Shown here: positions 57,749 to 64,000 of the stretch, piece after piece
How positions within the stretch are numbered: the first letter of the stretch is position 1
How the letters are laid out: each line of letters opens with the position of its first letter
Assembly (NCBI GenBank): GCA_965201075.1
Contig: CBDAVP010000016.1
Span: 310,001 to 374,000, forward strand
Source of the DNA: Isosphaeraceae bacterium
Lineage (GTDB): Bacteria > Planctomycetota > Planctomycetia > Isosphaerales > Isosphaeraceae
DNA: 64,000 bases
Direction of reading: 5' to 3'
Program-made: the position numbers and the translations under genes
The notes under the pieces: model-generated
The model's database searches: none
Told to the model about the DNA's origin: nothing
Seen by the model: only the letters and a program-made list of their open reading frames with translations

Positions 57749-60700
57749 TCAGTGGGGACCTCCCGGTCCGTCGGTCTCGGGCGAGGCGGAGTCATAGATT
57801 GCCTCCGCCTCGTCCGAGGAATGTCCGAGGGCGACGACGAAGGCGGCCGAGACCGAGTCGCCCGCAGCCAAGTCGCCGAAGTTGAAGGCCAAGTTGATGG
57901 CGCTGTCGGACGCGGCCCCGTCCGGGTCGACCGGGGAATCGATGATGTTGAATGGGTTGGTCACGTAGAACTGCTCGGCCGAGACCGTGGCGCGAGAATC
58001 CTCCGACCCCAGGCCGATGGTCAGGCCGGCGGGGAAGGTCGCATTGGTGACCGAGGCGATCACCAGGCGTCCGCCCTCCACCACGTCGTTGTTGGTCTTC
58101 GCGCCGACGCCGATCGGCGTCCCCTGGTCGGGGTCGTCATTCTCCAGTGACGCCACGTCGGACAGGGTAGCATCGGTGAGGTTCGTCAGGCGGGTCGCGA
58201 CGGTGATGAACTGGTCGCCGTCGTTGAAGGCGATCACCCGTTCGAGTTTCAAGACGCCGTCGACGACTCCCTCGATCCTCACGCCGTGAAACGAACCGCT
58301 GCTGAGGTCCTGGATCGTGACGGCGATCTGCGATTGGCCCTGGTACGCGGGCCTGTCGTTGGTGAAATTCTTACCGTCGTGGGCGACGGTGAACCCGGCG
58401 AGCGGATCGCCGGGCGAGAGGAAATCGACCCCGGCGAAGACCAGTCCGGTCGCCTTGTCATCGGTGATGAAACTGCCGTCACTGTCGATCCCGACCTTGA
58501 TCTCGGGACTTTGGAGGGTGAGTGACCCGGAGACGGGCGTTCCGGAGAGGTCGAACAGGTTGTCGATCGTCGGCCGGGCGATGACGGTGAAGCCGCTGGT
58601 GAACGTCCCCGAGCCCAGGAGATTCCCGGCCCGGTCGGCGACGGCCGCTCCCTCGACCTGGACCTGGTAGGCCCCGACGTCGATCGGGTCGTTCGTCACG
58701 ATCTGCGCGAGTTGGTTGTTGTCGCTGAGGGAGATGGTCGCCGACACGGTCACGTCGTCAGCCGTGCCGAGCGTGCCGTCGGGGCCGGCCTCGACGAGCC
58801 GGAAGTCGTCACCGAGGGGCCCCGAGGCGACGATTGGCTCGGAGAAGCGGACGAGGACCGACTTGCCGCCGGCGAACCGAGTTGAGCCGTCGCTCGGGCT
58901 GATCCTGGTGATCGTCGGCGGGGTCCGGTCGGGGGAGATGCCGTAGGTCAGGAGGTTTGAGAACGTCGAATTGCCGCCGGTGTCGGTCGCCCGGACCTGG
59001 ATTGTCAGGCTCGTGGCCCCCGAAGCGAGCGTCGGCACGGCCGCCGCGAGGTTGAACGGGTAGTTCACCGCGTCGGCCACCTGGATGCCGTTGACGAGGA
59101 GGGCGACGTCGCGGACCTGCACGTCGTCGGAGACAGCGACCTGGATCGGGATCGTCGTGCCCTCCAGCGCCTGGACGCCGTCGTTCGTGGAGTCGGCGTC
59201 GGGCGGGCTGGCCGAGATTGTGACCGCCGGGGCGACACCCTTGGAGTCGAACGGCTCGTAGTTGACGACCTCCAGGCCGTTGGCGGTGCCGATGTAGCCG
59301 ATCCCCCGGCTGATGGCGACGCTCCGCGCGCCGCTGGCCAGTGGGAATTGCGTGAGCAATTGGTTCGTCCTGGTCGGGTCGCTGGTGTCGTAGAGCTGGA
59401 CGAAGCCGCCGCCGTCGGGGATGAGCAGGCCGAGGCCCGAGCCGTTGAGAGCGATGCGTCGCGAGGTGAAGGTGAAGTCGGCGTCGTGGATTTCCTTCGG
59501 CTTCGACGGGTCGCGGACGTCGACGGTCCTCAGGCCGCTGCCCGAGAGCCAGACCGTGCCGTCTCCCGCGAAGATGCCGACGTCGGTCGAGGCGACCGAG
59601 ACGTTGGTCCGGCCGACGACGGCCGCCGCCTCGGGGCTGGAGATGTCGACGACGGCGACCGTGTCGCTGCCGCTGACAAACGCATACAGGTGCGTGCCGT
59701 CGATCGCGACGCCCGTCACGTCGCCCGAGCCTGGCAGCGTCACCCGGTCGATGACGTCGCCCGTCTGCATGTTGACGATGCTCAGCGAAGTGCCCGACGT
59801 GGCGAAGGCGAAGCCGTCGACGACGACGACCTTGGTCGCGCCGACCGAGACCTTCTGGTTCAGCTTCGGAGTCATCGGGTCGGAGACGTCGACGAGTGCC
59901 AGGGCCGTCCCCGTCGCCACGGCCGCGACCTTGAGGTTGGGATCGACGCCCACGCCCGAGGGCGAGCCGCCGAGGTCGAGCTGGCCCTGGAGGATCGGCT
60001 TGTTGAACTTCGAGCCGTTGACGATCGCCAGGCCGTGGCCTCCGGTGGCGATGTAGGCGAAGTCATTCGCCACGGCGATCGCTTCGGCCGAGCCGGGGAG
60101 GGTGAGATTGGCGATGTCGCCGGTGGGGAAGGCGGAAGAGCCGAGGGGGTTGAGACCTTCAACCAGGGAGGCGGAATCGGAGATGCCGTCGCCGTTGGTG
60201 TCGGCCTTGTTCGGATCGGTGCCGATTGCATACTCGCCAATATCGGGAATGCCATCCGCGTCGGCGTCGACCCCGCCAAACTCCATAAGATCCAGCGTGG
60301 AAGGTGTATCTCCCTCGCCGAACGCGCTGCCGGACGCGCCGGAAGTGCCGATAAACGATGTCCAGCGGTTAGAAGCGGGAGCGTAGAAGACGGCTCGATA
60401 CCCGGCATTTGGAGGTAGTGAGAGGTTGCTAATCTGACCGAGCGAGTCGGTCTTTCCGGCGATCTGAAAGCCGCTATCCAGTGTGAAGCGGTAATAGACG
60501 CTGGGATCGTTGCCGAACCCCGGCGCCTGAGAAACCGGCAGATGCGGCAGAACGCCGTCGGCAGGATCGACGCCCAGATCCAGGTCGAACGGAACGTTCA
60601 CCTGTACGTTCACGGTAAATGGCCTGGCGAGTCCGGCCAGTTGGCGGAGGCGTGCTTCCTGTCCGATGAGACCGACCGGGAAAACACGTGACTTGTCGGC

Positions 60701-63700
60701 GACGCCAAATCCATAAATGATTGAATAGTTGTAAACCAGATTTCCGACCGCCCTATCGTTGCCCGACCCCTCGATGTCGCCCTCACCTTTCAATGTGACG
60801 GCTTGGATTTTGCCCAGGGCGAGATGGAGGTCTGAGAGTTCGTCGAGGAATCCGGATGTATTGAATGCGTCGGCGGCCACCAACGAGATAGCCGCCTCGA
60901 AGTCGACCTCCCCGGAATCAGAGGATAGCTGGGCCTTTATCGCCTCCTTGAGGCGGTGTTGAACCGAGTTGTTGTTATTGACATCGTTGTCTTGCTTGAA
61001 ACTGGGGTCGTTCTTCAACTCATTCGACAGTCCGCTCCCATCAGGGAAATACAAGTCATCCCCGGAATTCGCGTTGTAGTGGTTCAACAGCGTGGCGGCG
61101 TTCGGCGCGGACAGGCTGAACACGCCGATTGCCGTGGTGATGTCCAGTTCCGCGAGTCCCGCGAAGGTGGCCAATGCGGCCGGATTGGCGTCCCAAATCG
61201 GATATTCAGCCTTGAGTTTGGCAGGGTCGTTATAGTCCAGTTTGGAGCCGACCTTGTTATAATTGGCGACGTCGGCGTATAGGGCGCCGGACGCGGTGAA
61301 ATGCCATCCGGGTGCTCTGATGACCCCGCCGTCGGAGACGATCAACTTGCCGTCGGCAGAGACCGTCCCCGTGCCAACCACCTCCCACATCCCCTTGTCG
61401 TGGTTGAACGACCAGATGAGGCTCTTTTCGCCGGGGGCGAGCCCTTCGAGGTTCGGGAAGGCGACCTGGGCCGGCTGGTCGAAGCTGGGGTTGGTTAGCG
61501 GCTGGCCGTCGGCGCCTAGGGCCTGGATTGAGATGACGAGCTTGGGGTTTTGGCCGGGCGGCAGCGGGGCGGGCAGGCGGTCGGGCGGGACGGGGATGAT
61601 CGCGCCCATCGCGGCGGGGTTGCCGTTGCGGTCGATCGCCGAGCCGGCCGGGTAGGTGACCTGGACCTCGTCGAAGACCGAGGGGTCGACGCCCGGCAGG
61701 AGGTTCGCCAGCTCGGCCTTGCCGGCGGCGCCGAAGCCGACGGTGGTCGCTTCGGATGTCGAGAGGGGCCTGAGGTCGCCCATCGCCATCGGCGGCAGGT
61801 AGATGTGGAACTGGTCGCCGGGCTGGTCGGGGTTGACGTCCTGGTCGCTGTCCATCGTCAACTGGATCGTCTGGCCGGGGACGTCCATGAACTCCTTGCC
61901 GACCGACGGATACCCGAAGCCGGACGGGGCACTGGTGGCCGTCGTGCCGTCGACGTGGACGAAGATTGATGGCGCGGGCAGGTCCTTGAGGAGGAAGTAG
62001 CCGTTGGAGTCAGTCACGGCGTTGAGCGACGGGAAGGCGTCGACCCGGATCGTGGCGCCGACGATCGGGATGTTCGAGCCGTCGGGATTCTTGTGGTAGG
62101 AGTCGTAGACGTAGCCGTAGACGTTGGTGCCGGGGACCTGGGTGAGCGAGAGGGTCGTGAAGTCGGCCGAGAGCATGCCTCCCGGCGCGCCGTCGCCGTT
62201 GGCGTCGATCGGCAGGCCGTCGAGCCCCTTGACCTTGTTGCCATCGACGAGGATGCGGACCTCGGTCGAGGCCGGCAGAGCGGCGGTCGGGACGAGCGTG
62301 GCGAACATCTTCGTCGAGGAGACGCGGATCGTCCCGGCGATCGGCGCCCCGAGGGCGATCGCCTGGAACGCGTCGGGCGTGAGGGTTGACGGGTCGACCG
62401 GCGCGTCGAAGTTCACGACGATGGTCCGGGCCTCGCTGACGTCCTCCTCGCCGTTGGCCGGGGTCGTCTGGGTGATCTGGACGGGTACCGCCACCGTGAA
62501 AGCGAACGAGGCCGTCGACTCCGAGACGGGGTTGCCCGCCAGGTCGGTGATGGCCGACGAGAGGGCCAGCCTGTATGCGCCGTTGGCCAGGGGCGAGGAG
62601 AAGGCAAGATGCGCCACGTTCGGCGCGGTCAAGGTTGCCGCCGATGGGTGAAACGGGGCACCGGAGGCGGGCTGCAAGGTGTAGTTCTCGGGCAACGCCG
62701 CGAGGCCCGAGACTGGCTCGCTGAAGGTGACGTCGAGGCCCGAGATCGTCGCGTTGACGGTCCCGGAGAGCGAAGCGGTTGCCGTTGGCGCGGTTGTGTC
62801 GAGCTGGAAAAGGAAAACGGGCGACAAGGCCTTGTCGCCCGCAGCGTCGGTTCCGGTGAAGACGACGGCGTACGGACCGTCGTGGGGGACGGTCGGGGTG
62901 AACGTGAAGGCGCCGGTCGAGGCATCGAAGGAGACCGGGACGGACGCGGCGCTGTTGACGCGGGCCGTAAGCGTCGCCACGGGCGAGGTCGCGTCGAGGA
63001 TCGTGCCGGTGATTGTCGGTGGCGTGCGGACCGCGGAGGTGGGCGCGGGGGTGTTGAGCGTGATCGTCGGCGCGGTCGTGGCGAGATTGGTCGGGGGGTT
63101 GTTCGGGGGGGTGTCGGGCGGATTGGCCGGGGTGTTGTTGGGCGGATTGGCCGGGGTCGCCACCCGGTCGAAGGTGAGGCGGGCCGTCGCGTGCTGGCCG
63201 AAGGTGTCGGACGCGAGGGCGAGGAGCGTCGTGGTGCCGATTGGGGGGGCGATCGTGAAGCCGTAGTGGCCCGAGGCGTCGGCGGTCGTCGTCCGGTCGA
63301 GAGTGCCGTCCGCTCCGAGGTCGAGGCCGACCGAGGAGCCCGGGGCGCTCTGGCCGACGAGGGTGACGGCGGGGGAGGTCACGCGGCCCTGGGTGTCGCG
63401 GGGCGTGCCGGCGTCCAGGCCGATCGTCGGCGAGAGCGGGCGGAGGCGTGTCGAGACCCCCCGGTTGGCCCGGGCCAGGACCAGGTCGTAGTCGCCGATC
63501 ACACCGTTGCGGTTGACGTCGGCGTCGAGGAGGTATCGCGGGTCGCCGGCCCGCACGCCCCTCAGCGAGCGGATGAGGCGGAGGTCGGCGGTGTCGACGC
63601 GGAAGTCGCCGTTGGCGTCCCCCGCCAGGAAGGTCGCCAGCCGGTACGACCCGGAAGTGTCCCGCCGCGAGCCGACCCGCAGCGAGTAGTCCCCCGGCTT

Positions 63701-64000
63701 GGCCGTGGCGAGGGTGAGACTGGAATGATCGCCGGCCGAGTTGGTTTTGCCGAGGATCGCGGACGACCTGGCGCCGCGGTGCGGGACGATGCGGATGCGC
63801 CCGGGGGCCAGCCCCGCGGAATCGGCCTCCGCGGAGAACCCCAGCAGCACCCGGCCCCGGGGCGAGTTGAAGTCGGCCGGTGTCACCCGCACCTCGGTCA
63901 CTCCCGAGCCGGAGGGGCCGGTAACCGCCCCGTCGAACTGGGCGAAGGTGTTGCGACCTGTCGACAGGAGCGTCCGCTCTTCGAGGTAGAACACCTCGGC
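57749..64000 (-). CDS. Giant extracellular protein: LExRxLL motif, dockerin-like pair, Ig-like domains, variable central domain, Ca-binding repeat, LVIVD repeats (5' end outside window)
   Basis: LEERTLLS; GDANGD..D / DADVNRNG..D; DTTAP, VTFSEPV..DLAGN; DADADGIPD..GTDP..ADTNGDG; LAIVN/LALVDVSDP/VAVVDISSP/LRTVDVRDP. Confidence 0.88.
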   Translation of the reverse strand, partial: AEVFYLEERTLLSTGRNTFAQFDGAVTGPSGSGVTEVRVTPADFNSPRGRVLLGFSAEADSAGLAPGRIRIVPHRGARSSAILGKTNSAGDHSSLTLATAKPGDYSLRVGSRRDTSGSYRLATFLAGDANGDFRVDTADLRLIRSLRGVRAGDPRYLLDADVNRNGVIGDYDLVLARANRGVSTRLRPLSPTIGLDAGTPRDTQGRVTSPAVTLVGQSAPGSSVGLDLGADGTLDRTTTADASGHYGFTIAPPIGTTTLLALASDTFGQHATARLTFDRVATPANPPNNTPANPPDTPPNNPPTNLATTAPTITLNTPAPTSAVRTPPTITGTILDATSPVATLTARVNSAASVPVSFDASTGAFTFTPTVPHDGPYAVVFTGTDAAGDKALSPVFLFQLDTTAPTATASLSGTVNATISGLDVTFSEPVSGLAALPENYTLQPASGAPFHPSAATLTAPNVAHLAFSSPLANGAYRLALSSAITDLAGNPVSESTASFAFTVAVPVQITQTTPANGEEDVSEARTIVVNFDAPVDPSTLTPDAFQAIALGAPIAGTIRVSSTKMFATLVPTAALPASTEVRILVDGNKVKGLDGLPIDANGDGAPGGMLSADFTTLSLTQVPGTNVYGYVYDSYHKNPDGSNIPIVGATIRVDAFPSLNAVTDSNGYFLLKDLPAPSIFVHVDGTTATSAPSGFGYPSVGKEFMDVPGQTIQLTMDSDQDVNPDQPGDQFHIYLPPMAMGDLRPLSTSEATTVGFGAAGKAELANLLPGVDPSVFDEVQVTYPAGSAIDRNGNPAAMGAIIPVPPDRLPAPLPPGQNPKLVISIQALGADGQPLTNPSFDQPAQVAFPNLEGLAPGEKSLIWSFNHDKGMWEVVGTGTVSADGKLIVSDGGVIRAPGWHFTASGALYADVANYNKVGSKLDYNDPAKLKAEYPIWDANPAALATFAGLAELDITTAIGVFSLSAPNAATLLNHYNANSGDDLYFPDGSGLSNELKNDPSFKQDNDVNNNNSVQHRLKEAIKAQLSSDSGEVDFEAAISLVAADAFNTSGFLDELSDLHLALGKIQAVTLKGEGDIEGSGNDRAVGNLVYNYSIIYGFGVADKSRVFPVGLIGQEARLRQLAGLARPFTVNVQVNVPFDLDLGVDPADGVLPHLPVSQAPGFGNDPSVYYRFTLDSGFQIAGKTDSLGQISNLSLPPNAGYRAVFYAPASNRWTSFIGTSGASGSAFGEGDTPSTLDLMEFGGVDADADGIPDIGEYAIGTDPNKADTNGDGISDSASLVEGLNPLGSSAFPTGDIANLTLPGSAEAIAVANDFAYIATGGHGLAIVNGSKFNKPILQGQLDLGGSPSGVGVDPNLKVAAVATGTALALVDVSDPMTPKLNQKVSVGATKVVVVDGFAFATSGTSLSIVNMQTGDVIDRVTLPGSGDVTGVAIDGTHLYAFVSGSDTVAVVDISSPEAAAVVGRTNVSVASTDVGIFAGDGTVWLSGSGLRTVDVRDPSKPKEIHDADFTFTSRRIALNGSGLGLLIPDGGGFVQLYDTSDPTRTNQLLTQFPLASGARSVAISRGIGYIGTANGLEVVNYEPFDSKGVAPAVTISASPPDADSTNDGVQALEGTTIPIQVAVSDDVQVRDVALLVNGIQVADAVNYPFNLAAAVPTLASGATSLTIQVRATDTGGNSTFSNLLTYGISPDRTPPTITRISPSDGSTRFAGGKSVLVRFSEPIVASGPLGDDFRLVEAGPDGTLGTADDVTVSATISLSDNNQLAQIVTNDPIDVGAYQVQVEGAAVADRAGNLLGSGTFTSGFTVIARPTIDNLFDLSGTPVSGSLTLQSPEIKVGIDSDGSFITDDKATGLVFAGVDFLSPGDPLAGFTVAHDGKNFTNDRPAYQGQSQIAVTIQDLSSGSFHGVRIEGVVDGVLKLERVIAFNDGDQFITVATRLTNLTDATLSDVASLENDDPDQGTPIGVGAKTNNDVVEGGRLVIASVTNATFPAGLTIGLGSEDSRATVSAEQFYVTNPFNIIDSPVDPDGAASDSAINLAFNFGDLAAGDSVSAAFVVALGHSSDEAEAIYDSASPETDGPGGPH

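Noticed and set aside
63085..63160. Short tandem repeats in the giant protein gene
   Set aside because: They encode an ordinary Pro/Asn linker (PANPPNNTPANPPDTPPNNPPTN) between Ig-like domains.

Overview
High-GC planctomycete DNA, most likely Isosphaeraceae-like, judged from DUF1559 prepilin genes, LExRxLL signal motifs and planctomycete-type ECF/kinase genes. The window has three parts. (1) About 1.9-20.1 kb is a decaying genomic island next to tRNA-Val(GAC). It holds an inactivated tyrosine integrase, an amber-interrupted DRB0094-like RNA ligase and three IS elements, all inserted at CTAG. It also has an apparently intact exported-protein operon (Cys-rich leader ORF, two DUF1559 genes, lipoprotein, DJ-1/PfpI, redoxin, YHS-DJ-1 fusion), a Gly-rich repeat gene cut by an IS, TolC plus a lipoprotein, and a degenerate split, membrane-anchored Cas4-like gene pair. 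(2) About 20.3-47.4 kb is mostly core genes: rhomboid, GT4, cdd, dksA-like, prmC-prfA-rpmE, rpsB-tsf-pyrH-frr, tRNA-Gln, TrmH and deoC. A strongly structured leader lies upstream of the dksA-like gene. (3) About 47.5-64 kb carries signalling and surface genes: ECF sigma, a pseudokinase-kinase-SRPBCC-pseudocyclase fusion, a PAS-GAF-pseudoHisKA-REC protein, and a >2000-aa surface protein. That protein has an internal low-GC segment resembling a colicin-M-fold/polymorphic-toxin domain. No CRISPR array was seen. All family assignments come from motif recognition by eye; no database searches were run.
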